A stretch of 64,000 bases of DNA from an uncultured Christensenellaceae bacterium (GTDB lineage: Bacteria; Bacillota; Clostridia; Christensenellales; UBA3700): positions 279,100-343,099 of the forward strand of contig CALWKW010000001.1 of the NCBI GenBank assembly GCA_944381365.1. Reading direction: 5' to 3'. Positions 56,865 to 64,000 of the stretch are shown here, piece after piece. Made by a program: the position numbers and the translations under genes. Position 1 is the stretch's first letter. Each line of letters starts with the position of its first letter. The notes beneath the pieces were generated by a model, which did not search any database, was not told where the DNA came from, and was given only the letters and a program-made list of their open reading frames with translations.

Positions 56865-57920
56865 TTACTTAACTTCGGTCACCCAGCCAAATTCATCAGG
56901 ATATCTTTCTGACTGAATACCTGTAATCTTGTCATACAAGAAAGATGTAATCTCGCCCATCTTTTCGCCATTGACTATCATATCCTTGCCTTGATATGTG
57001 ATAAGACCTACGGGAGAAATTACGGCAGCAGTACCAGAGCCGAAACATTCTTTGAGTTCGCCTTTGTTGTAAGCATCGACTATCTCATCCATAGATATTC
57101 TTCTCTCGCTTATCTTGTATCCGTATTTTTTCAATACCTGTATGCAAGAATTTCTTGTGATACCGGGAAGAATACTGCCTACCAATGCAGGAGTGACCAC
57201 TTCATCGCCGATTACAAAGAAGATATTCATCGAGCCAACTTCTTCTACATACTTATGCTCTTTTGCGTCAAGCCACAAAGCTTGGTCATAACCTTTTTTG
57301 TTTGCCAATTCTCCGCCCATCAATGATGCAGCATAGTTGCCCATACACTTAGCTTCGCCTGTACCGCCGATAGCTGTTCTGACATAATGCTCTTCTACCA
57401 AAATCTTTGTAGGTTGAAGTCCGTGAGCATAATATGAGCCTACGGGAGAAAGGATAATAAAGAATCTGTATTTATGACTAGCATGAACGCCGAGCACTTC
57501 TTCGTTGGCAATCATAGTAGGTCTGATATAAAGAGCTGTACCGGGTTCGGTAGGAATCCAATCTTTTTCGATTTTGAGAAGCTCAAACAAAGCTGCCTTA
57601 ACTACTTTTGCGTCAAAAGTAGGCATACACATACGAGTAGCAGAATTGTTCATACGAATAAAGTTGTCATCTATTCTGAATACCGTAATTTTACCTTCTT
57701 TTGTCTTATAAGCTTTTGCTCCTTCAAAAATACCCTGAGCATAGTGCAATACATTTGTAGCAGGATAAATCTCAAAAGGTGCATAAGGAACTATTTCGGG
57801 CTCTTTCCAAGCACCGTTCTCATAGTCCATAACAAGCATGTGGTCGGTAAAATATTTACCAAAACCAAGCTTAGAAGAATCGGGTTTTTGCTTAGGATGT
57901 TTTGTTAATGTAATTTTCAT
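56865..57920 (-). CDS. ilvE: Branched-chain amino acid aminotransferase
   Basis: 351 aa fold-type IV PLP enzyme (...EGAKAYKTKEG..., GTGEAKCMGNYAASL). Confidence 0.9.
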   Translation of the reverse strand: MKITLTKHPKQKPDSSKLGFGKYFTDHMLVMDYENGAWKEPEIVPYAPFEIYPATNVLHYAQGIFEGAKAYKTKEGKITVFRIDDNFIRMNNSATRMCMPTFDAKVVKAALFELLKIEKDWIPTEPGTALYIRPTMIANEEVLGVHASHKYRFFIILSPVGSYYAHGLQPTKILVEEHYVRTAIGGTGEAKCMGNYAASLMGGELANKKGYDQALWLDAKEHKYVEEVGSMNIFFVIGDEVVTPALVGSILPGITRNSCIQVLKKYGYKISERRISMDEIVDAYNKGELKECFGSGTAAVISPVGLITYQGKDMIVNGEKMGEITSFLYDKITGIQSERYPDEFGWVTEVK

Positions 57921-57955
57921 TTTTCACCTCTATATTCACCAAGCAAGAAGTTTGG

Positions 57956-58591
57956 TTAGATTTTAAATTGAAAGTATTTTGTCTCGATTTTTTCTACAAT
58001 AGCCTTATCGAGAGAAATATCGATTGTTTTATCGCAAAAATCTTTTGACTTTTCCACAGGGACAGCTACCTCCAAAACGACATCGTTTCCGTACTCAGTA
58101 CTGACAACCTGTCCTTCATAAGACTCCACGCAATCTTCAATCTTTTTGTATATTCCATAGCCCACTTTTATTTTTAAAATGTCGGCAGACTGATTTTTTA
58201 CCAACACCGCTTCATCTAGAGCTTGCGATACACTCGAAGAATATGCTCCTACAAGACCGTTTGCTCCCATCTTTATTCCGCCGAAATATCTCGTCACAAC
58301 CGCAAGAGTCATATATACTTTTCGTTTTTTCAAAACTTCGAGCATCGGGATACCTGCCGTCCCCTGAGGCTCGCCGTCATCGCTGAATCTCTGCTCTGTG
58401 GCTTGCACATTCGATATAAAAGCATAACAGTTGTGCGTAGCATCGCTGTAAAGTTTGTTTATTTCTTTTATCTTTTTTATTGCGTCATCATAATCTTTTA
58501 TCGGCAATAATGTAGTGATAAATCTCGACTTGTTTATAACAATCGTATTTTCAAAAGCTTCGTTTATGCTCAAAAACCAATCGCAAGGCAT
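57956..58591 (-). CDS. YigZ/IMPACT-family (UPF0029) protein
   Basis: 211 aa. KSRFITTL...HNCYAF...DDGEPQGTAG is the IMPACT N-domain signature. TAATG overlap with the tyrS stop. Confidence 0.8.
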   Translation of the reverse strand: MPCDWFLSINEAFENTIVINKSRFITTLLPIKDYDDAIKKIKEINKLYSDATHNCYAFISNVQATEQRFSDDGEPQGTAGIPMLEVLKKRKVYMTLAVVTRYFGGIKMGANGLVGAYSSSVSQALDEAVLVKNQSADILKIKVGYGIYKKIEDCVESYEGQVVSTEYGNDVVLEVAVPVEKSKDFCDKTIDISLDKAIVEKIETKYFQFKI

Positions 58592-59808
58592 TATTCCACG
58601 CTTACCTTTATATGCATCTTTTTGCCTTTGTGAAGCACAAAGCCGTTTGCTTTTTGACTGTCTGTAAGATTATAAGCTATATCGTCAATCTTTTGCTCGT
58701 CGACTCTTACGCCGCCGCCCGCAATGAGATTTCTTGCCTCGCTCTTTGATTTGCAAGCACCTACCGCTATCATCACATCGAGGATATTTTCGCAATTTGC
58801 TGGGATAGACTTAGAAGGCATATTCTCACTGTCTCCGCCAAAAGCCGCCAAAGCTTGTTTTTGGGCAATTTGTGCCTGCTCTTCGCCGTGTACAATCTTT
58901 GTGAGTTCAAAAGCAAGACGCATTTTTGCCTGATTGATTCTTTCGTCTTTATACTGACAGAGCTCTTGGATTTCTTCAAGAGGCATATATGTCAAAAGCT
59001 TCATGCACTTCTCGACATCGGCATCTGCCGTATTTCTCCAATATTGATAGAATTCATAAGGAGAAGTCTTTTCAGGGTCGAGCCACACAGCACCTTTTTG
59101 AGTCTTGCCCATCTTCTTTCCTTCGCTTGTGGTAAGAAGCTGGAATGTCATAGCATAAGCATCCTGACTCTTTTTTCTTCTTATAAGGTCGGCACCTGCA
59201 AGAATATTTGACCACTGATCATCGCCGCCGCATTCCAATTTGCAGCCGTATGTCTCATACAAATGCAAAAAGTCATAAGCCTGCATAAGCATGTAGTTAA
59301 ACTCAAGGAAAGACAAGCCCTTTTCCATTCTTGTCTTAAAACATTCTGCCGTCAACATCTGATTGACAGAAAAATGCACGCCTATATCTCTTATAAACTC
59401 TATATAATTGAGATTGTCAAGCCAATCTGCGTTGTTTACCATTACAGCGGCATTTTCGCCTTCAAAAGAGAAAAACTTTGACATCTGCTTTTTAAAACAT
59501 TCGCAGTTGTGCATAATAGTCTCGTTTGTCATCATTTTACGCATATCGCTTCTTCCCGAAGGATCGCCGATTTTGCCTGTACCGCCGCCGATAAGCACAA
59601 TAGGTTTGTGACCGGCTTTTTGCATATAACTCATAACCATAAGTTGCATAAAGTGTCCTACATGAAGGCTATCAGCAGTAGGATCGAAGCCTATATAGAA
59701 AGGAACACTCTCACTTCCCAAAAGTTTGTACAAATCTTCTTCCCTTACCACTTGTTTGATAAATCCTCTTTCTCTGAGAACATCCATTATGTTTCTTGTG
59801 ATTTCCAT
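58591..59808 (-). CDS. tyrS: Tyrosine--tRNA ligase
   Basis: HIGH motif (LHVGH), KMSKS variant (KMGKT) and an S4-like C-terminus. Start set at the ATG at 59808 (AAGGATAGG upstream). Confidence 0.92.
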   Translation of the reverse strand: MEITRNIMDVLRERGFIKQVVREEDLYKLLGSESVPFYIGFDPTADSLHVGHFMQLMVMSYMQKAGHKPIVLIGGGTGKIGDPSGRSDMRKMMTNETIMHNCECFKKQMSKFFSFEGENAAVMVNNADWLDNLNYIEFIRDIGVHFSVNQMLTAECFKTRMEKGLSFLEFNYMLMQAYDFLHLYETYGCKLECGGDDQWSNILAGADLIRRKKSQDAYAMTFQLLTTSEGKKMGKTQKGAVWLDPEKTSPYEFYQYWRNTADADVEKCMKLLTYMPLEEIQELCQYKDERINQAKMRLAFELTKIVHGEEQAQIAQKQALAAFGGDSENMPSKSIPANCENILDVMIAVGACKSKSEARNLIAGGGVRVDEQKIDDIAYNLTDSQKANGFVLHKGKKMHIKVSVE

Positions 59809-60010
59809 TTTTCCTATCCTTTTTTCGTTGTTTGACAATATTATAACACCACTTTTGGGCATTGTAAATAAAAAGTTTCTTATAAAACAATATTTTTAAT
59901 ATTTATCGCTTTTATATTCGATATCGAAATATATTTTTCTTAAAATATCAAATTAATATTCAAGGATAAAAATATAATTATTGCTCAAACTAAGACAAAC
60001 GGAGGATGAT

Positions 60011-60697
60011 ATGAAAAAACTTGTTATTGTAATGATAATGATATTGAGCATTTTTACCATAGTCGGTCTTTGTGCATGCGATAAAGAGCAAATGCCTTCT
60101 CCTGAATATTATTCGGTAGAGGATTTTCTCAATCTCAAAAATTTCACTGCCACAAACTCTATGGAAAAAAGCACGACTTGCAAATATGTCGCTGAAGACA
60201 ACAAAATTCTTTTTGAAAGCGATTCAAAAAGCCAAGAGTTTGGTGACAATATAGTATATTATAGCTTTGATACCACTCAAAGCAAAATTTATACAGGCGG
60301 CAAATGGCAATCGATAGGCAAAGACGATGTAGACGATTATCTTTCGTCCATCGAAGACAGAACAGGACTTGTATACAACAATCTCCAATCGACTTATTTT
60401 GAAGAAAAAGAAAAAAGAGTCTACACAATCCAAAATGATCACTTCTTCAAAGAGCTTTTCAGACAAAAATATGAAAAATATTTTGGAAAAGAATATGAAG
60501 AAAATGATTTTATCACAGAATACGAAACTCAAAAAGAAGAATTGTTCGGAGATACAGATTCTTATAAAATAATTTTGGATTGCTCGGAAAAATATATTAT
60601 AAAATTGTCAATCGAAAAGCCTACTGAAGACGGCAGAGAATACACTTCTTACACTTATACCGATATAGACAAAACAAAAATTTCTCTTCCCGAATAA
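60011..60697 (+). CDS. Lipoprotein of unknown function
   Basis: Signal peptide MKKLVIVMIMILSIFTIVGLCAC. GGAGG SD upstream of the ATG at 60011. Confidence 0.65.
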   Translation: MKKLVIVMIMILSIFTIVGLCACDKEQMPSPEYYSVEDFLNLKNFTATNSMEKSTTCKYVAEDNKILFESDSKSQEFGDNIVYYSFDTTQSKIYTGGKWQSIGKDDVDDYLSSIEDRTGLVYNNLQSTYFEEKEKRVYTIQNDHFFKELFRQKYEKYFGKEYEENDFITEYETQKEELFGDTDSYKIILDCSEKYIIKLSIEKPTEDGREYTSYTYTDIDKTKISLPE

Positions 60698-60707
60698 AAT
60701 AATCAAA

Positions 60708-60740
60708 AGACAAAAGCAGGAACTCTCCTGCTTTTGTCTT
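60708..60740 (+). terminator. Terminator hairpin
   Basis: A 13-bp stem AGACAAAAGCAGG/CCTGCTTTTGTCT with a weak T tail. Confidence 0.55.
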
Positions 60741-61041
60741 AATCACATACTGATAATTAATTATCCTTATTCTATATTTATGCTGAAAATAAATCTCCTA
60801 TAAATAATCGGACATTAACTTTTTCTATTGCAAAATTTTTGTCCTATTCATAAGAATTTTATTCTTTAAGTTAATAATATCATAACTTTATCTTAAAATC
60901 AATACCAGAACTTATATATCTTTTTAATTAAACTAGTATAAAATGTTTTAAAATTTTTGGATATTTCAAAATATATATTGTCGCAATAGATATATGCTCT
61001 GCATATAAATACCTTTTTTGTTAAATATTCGGCAAAAAACT

Positions 61042-61070
61042 TTGACATAACCAAAAAGTTGTTATATAAT
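61042..61070 (+). promoter_or_regulatory. Consensus sigma-A promoter (TTGACA-17-TATAAT) of the NifU-like/GGGtGRT operon
   Basis: Both hexamers are perfect with 17-nt spacing, 46 nt upstream of the ATG at 61116. Confidence 0.6.
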
Positions 61071-61115
61071 TTTTGTGGTAATTAAAATTTATTATTATTT
61101 AAGGAGGATTTCCTA

Positions 61116-61808
61116 ATGGAATATTCACATGAAGTTTTGAATATGTGCAAGGTTACCAAAGGCACTGACCATGGTCCTGCTCCTATTCCCGAAGAAGGCA
61201 AGTGGGTTCAATCCAAGCAAATCAAAGATATCAGCGGTTTGACACACGGTGTCGGCTGGTGTGCTCCTCAACAAGGTGCTTGCAAATTGACTCTCAATGT
61301 AAAAGAAGGTATCATCGAAGAAGCTTTGGTAGAAACTCTCGGTTGTTCAGGTATGACTCACTCTGCCGCTATGGCCGCAGAAATCTTGCCCGGCAAGACT
61401 ATCCTCGAAGCTCTCAATACTGACCTCGTTTGTGATGCTATCAATACAGCTATGAGAGAATTGTTCCTTCAAATCGTTTACGGTCGTACACAATCCGCTT
61501 TCTCTGAAAACGGTTTGCCTATTGGTGCCGGACTTGAAGATCTCGGAAAAGGTTTGCGTAGCCAAGTTGGTACAATGTACTCCACAGGTGCTAAGGGCGT
61601 AAGATACCTCGAGATGGCTGAAGGATATGTCACACATATCGGTCTTGACAAGGACAATCAAGTTATCGGTTATGAATTCGTAAACCTCGGCAAAATGATG
61701 GACGCTATCAAAAACGGTATGTCCGCTAATGATGCTTTGGTTAAGTTTACAGGTAGCTACGGCAGATATAAAGAAGCTGTGAAAGTTATCGATCCCAGAA
61801 AGGAATAA
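61116..61808 (+). CDS. NifU/IscU-like domain protein (partner of the GGGtGRT protein)
   Basis: 230 aa. GWCAPQQGACKLTLNVKEGIIEEALVETLGCSGMTHSAAMAAEILPGKT resembles the IscU scaffold core with conserved Cys. AAGGAGG SD. Confidence 0.7.
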   Translation: MEYSHEVLNMCKVTKGTDHGPAPIPEEGKWVQSKQIKDISGLTHGVGWCAPQQGACKLTLNVKEGIIEEALVETLGCSGMTHSAAMAAEILPGKTILEALNTDLVCDAINTAMRELFLQIVYGRTQSAFSENGLPIGAGLEDLGKGLRSQVGTMYSTGAKGVRYLEMAEGYVTHIGLDKDNQVIGYEFVNLGKMMDAIKNGMSANDALVKFTGSYGRYKEAVKVIDPRKE

Positions 61809-61823
61809 TAGGAGGTACAAAAA

Positions 61824-62828
61824 ATGGCAGTTACATTTGAAAGCTATGAAAGAAGAATTGATAAAATAACAAAGTGCCTCAAGGAATACGGCATTGCTTC
61901 CCTCGAAGAAGCAAGACAAATCTGTCTTGACAAAGGCATTGATGTAGAAGCAATCGTAAAGGGTGTACAACCTATCGCATTCGAAAATGCAGTATGGGCA
62001 TACACAGTAGGTTGTGCTGTTGCAATCAAGAAAGGTTGCAAAAAAGCAGCTGACGCAGCTGAAGCTATCGGTATCGGACTTCAGAGTTTCTGTATTCCCG
62101 GTTCAGTAGCAGAACAAAGAAAGGTAGGTCTCGGACACGGCAACCTCGCAGCAATGCTTTTGAGAGAAGAGACAAAGTGCTTTGCTTTCTTGGCTGGTCA
62201 CGAATCTTTTGCCGCAGCTGAAGGTGCAATCGGTATTGCTATGAAGGCAAACAAAGTAAGAAAACAACCTCTTCAGGTTATCCTCAACGGTCTTGGCAAA
62301 GATGCTGCAAAGATTATCAGCCGTATCAACGGATTCACTTATGTTCAGACAAAGCTCGACTATTTCACAGGTGAACTCAAAGTCGTAGATACAATCTCTT
62401 ACAGCACAGGCGAAAGAGGCAAAGTAAGAGTTTATGGTGCTGACGATGTAGTAGAAGGCGTAGCAATCATGCATCACGAGAATGTCGATGTTTCTATCAC
62501 CGGCAACTCTACCAACCCTACTCGTTTCCAACATCCTGTTGCAGGCACATACAAGAAAGAATGTATCGAAAAAGGCAAGAAGTACTTCTCTGTTGCTTCC
62601 GGTGGCGGCACAGGTCGTACATTGCACCCTGACAACATGGCTGCTGGTCCTGCAAGCTACGGCATGACAGATACAATGGGAAGAATGCACTCTGACGCTC
62701 AGTTTGCCGGTTCTTCATCCGTTCCTGCTCACGTAGAAATGATGGGACTTATCGGTATGGGCAACAACCCTATGGTAGGTGCAAGCGTTTCTTGTGCAGT
62801 AGCAGTAGAAGAAGCTATGAGCAAATAA
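61824..62828 (+). CDS. GGGtGRT-family protein (unknown function)
   Basis: 334 aa containing the eponymous SGGGTGRT motif. AGGAGG SD, 15 nt after the upstream stop. Confidence 0.85.
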   Translation: MAVTFESYERRIDKITKCLKEYGIASLEEARQICLDKGIDVEAIVKGVQPIAFENAVWAYTVGCAVAIKKGCKKAADAAEAIGIGLQSFCIPGSVAEQRKVGLGHGNLAAMLLREETKCFAFLAGHESFAAAEGAIGIAMKANKVRKQPLQVILNGLGKDAAKIISRINGFTYVQTKLDYFTGELKVVDTISYSTGERGKVRVYGADDVVEGVAIMHHENVDVSITGNSTNPTRFQHPVAGTYKKECIEKGKKYFSVASGGGTGRTLHPDNMAAGPASYGMTDTMGRMHSDAQFAGSSSVPAHVEMMGLIGMGNNPMVGASVSCAVAVEEAMSK

Positions 62829-62847
62829 TTGTCAATTAAGACAAACA

Positions 62848-62879
62848 AAAAGCCCGCTATAAAGCGGGCTTTATTTTTT
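62848..62879 (+). terminator. Intrinsic terminator
   Basis: AGCCCGC-tataaa-GCGGGCT followed by TTATTTTTT. Confidence 0.85.
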
Positions 62880-63074
62880 ATTATCAAATATTTTATTGTT
62901 CGTAAATTATAATCTTGATTAGACTCACACTCTTAAGAAAAACCTTCTTCTTTCGCAATTTAAAGTCTATTTTATATTGTAAGTTTATCCATATTAAATC
63001 TCAATTTGTTTATTATTTCTTGATAATCAGACATGACAATATTATTTTTCATTATATAATCTACATTAAAATGA

Positions 63075-63836
63075 TTATGCACGAATTATTTGTTTGTATT
63101 TTTCAAAATATCTTTCGCCCAATTCCTTAAGCGATTTACGACAAAAATGTATTTCGTCAGGTTTAGGATTACCCTCTAAGCCATCAGAAGACACATAGCC
63201 TCCGTTTTTTATGCTTTCGACATACTCTTTTGTGACTTTTGCTATCTCAAAAGAATATGGCTCTTCTTCTTTCCATTGAGGGACATAATCTCCTGCGATA
63301 AAGGGCAAATCTTCACAGCCCGTCTTATTTTTATAGTCTTCGACCAAAGTCCTTAGTTTGTCATGATAATAATCTATCGAAGCAACTTTTTCTATATCGG
63401 CTTCGCCCTGATGCCACAACAGACATTTTAGTTTTGCTTTTGGCAATTCACTCAAAACTTTGTTTGTCATAAAAAGCAAATTATTGTACAAATCTTCGCC
63501 AATTCCCCATCTGTGGTCGCTAAAGCCTGTGCCGCTTACAGCTGCACCGATAAGCAATATTTTATGATTTTCATTTAAAAGCTCTTCCTTATATCTTTTG
63601 GCAAAATAAAGAGAAAATATTGCTCTTTTATCATGATTGTTTATTTTTCTTTCGCAAGCCTTGGATATTTTTCCTTTATAATACAAAAGGATATCGTCAT
63701 CTTCTGAAAAACTCAATTCTTCATTTCCTATGCCATATCCCATTGAATTTGACTGACCTGCATAGACGATTACATCCAAATCGATATTTTTAAGTTCTTG
63801 CAATTTTTTGTTGAGTTTATATTTTTTAATACACAT
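63075..63836 (-). CDS. Sialate O-acetylesterase-like (SASA/DUF303) carbohydrate esterase
   Basis: 253 aa with a GQSNSMG nucleophile motif and WHQGEAD. Confidence 0.7.
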   Translation of the reverse strand: MCIKKYKLNKKLQELKNIDLDVIVYAGQSNSMGYGIGNEELSFSEDDDILLYYKGKISKACERKINNHDKRAIFSLYFAKRYKEELLNENHKILLIGAAVSGTGFSDHRWGIGEDLYNNLLFMTNKVLSELPKAKLKCLLWHQGEADIEKVASIDYYHDKLRTLVEDYKNKTGCEDLPFIAGDYVPQWKEEEPYSFEIAKVTKEYVESIKNGGYVSSDGLEGNPKPDEIHFCRKSLKELGERYFEKYKQIIRA

Positions 63837-63845
63837 ATATATAAT

Positions 63846-63876
63846 TAAAGAAAAGGCATATCCGAAAATATGCCTT
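63846..63876 (-). terminator. Intrinsic terminator of the upstream (partial) gene
   Basis: AAGGCATAT-ccgaaa-ATATGCCTT followed on the minus strand by TTTTCTTT. Confidence 0.6.
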
Positions 63877-63881
63877 AATTT

Positions 63882-64000
63882 TTATTTTTTCAAGTCTTGA
63901 GCAATTATGTCGGCAAGCTGAGTCAAATCCTCATAGCTTTTATCATTAAGTGCCGATTTGATAGTCACCTTCTTGTCAAGAATAACATTGTTTTTGAGCT
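63882..64000 (-). CDS. 3' end of an unidentified gene (last 38 codons)
   Basis: Manual translation gives ...LKNNVILDKKVTIKSALNDKSYEDLTQLADIIAQDLKK*, an open frame to the window edge followed by a terminator. Confidence 0.4.
   Translation of the reverse strand, partial: LKNNVILDKKVTIKSALNDKSYEDLTQLADIIAQDLKK

Noticed and set aside
1-64000. A search for tRNA, rRNA, tmRNA, RNase P RNA, CRISPR arrays, IS/transposase genes and riboswitch cores (TPP, SAM, FMN, glycine, purine, cobalamin).
   Set aside because: I recognised no conserved cores such as a GGTTCGAATCC-type T-arm, regularly spaced direct repeats, or transposase motifs. This rests on eye inspection only, so small ncRNAs cannot be excluded.

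Overview
The window is a 64-kb chromosomal segment from a low-GC, Firmicutes/Clostridia-like bacterium. It uses the standard genetic code (TGA, TAA and TAG all act as stops) and has strong AGGAGG-type ribosome-binding sites. Most genes lie on the minus strand and are housekeeping genes: der; an rnj/O-methyltransferase/U32 operon; serC-serA; pckG; trpS; thrC; the rpmE/DUF1385-prmC/prfA cluster; murC; a parE-parC-like type IIA topoisomerase pair; murG; ilvE; and tyrS. I saw no rRNA, tRNA, CRISPR array, IS element, riboswitch or T-box leader. The main anomaly is a tightly packed phage-derived island of about 11.7 kb (30.4-42.1 kb) between murC and parC. It encodes a large terminase, portal, scaffold-like protein, major capsid protein, a few short-tail-like proteins and two holins, plus a region-4 HTH late-activator-like regulator preceded by a GAAC-N4-GTTC (SOS-box-like) palindrome. 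It has no integrase, replication, lysogeny, endolysin, tape-measure or receptor-binding genes, so it could be a domesticated podovirus-like particle, a satellite, or a prophage remnant. The second anomaly is a lipid/envelope neighbourhood (47-56.7 kb) containing an alpha/beta hydrolase, murG, a PAP2 phosphatase coupled to an acyl-AMP ligase, two tandem paralogous lipoproteins and DegV. There, murG is flanked by two unusually long AT-rich intergenic regions (about 520-570 bp) carrying four copies of a 15-bp 7-1-7 palindrome, TTGAACAnTGTTCAA; one copy is embedded in a 37-nt perfect palindrome. Other items worth a second look are a DUF1385-PrmC fusion, a J-domain protein with a C-terminal cysteine string paired with a DUF5685 protein, and a NifU-like + GGGtGRT operon behind a perfect consensus promoter. 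All functional calls rest on motifs I recognised by eye and on synteny; no database search was run.
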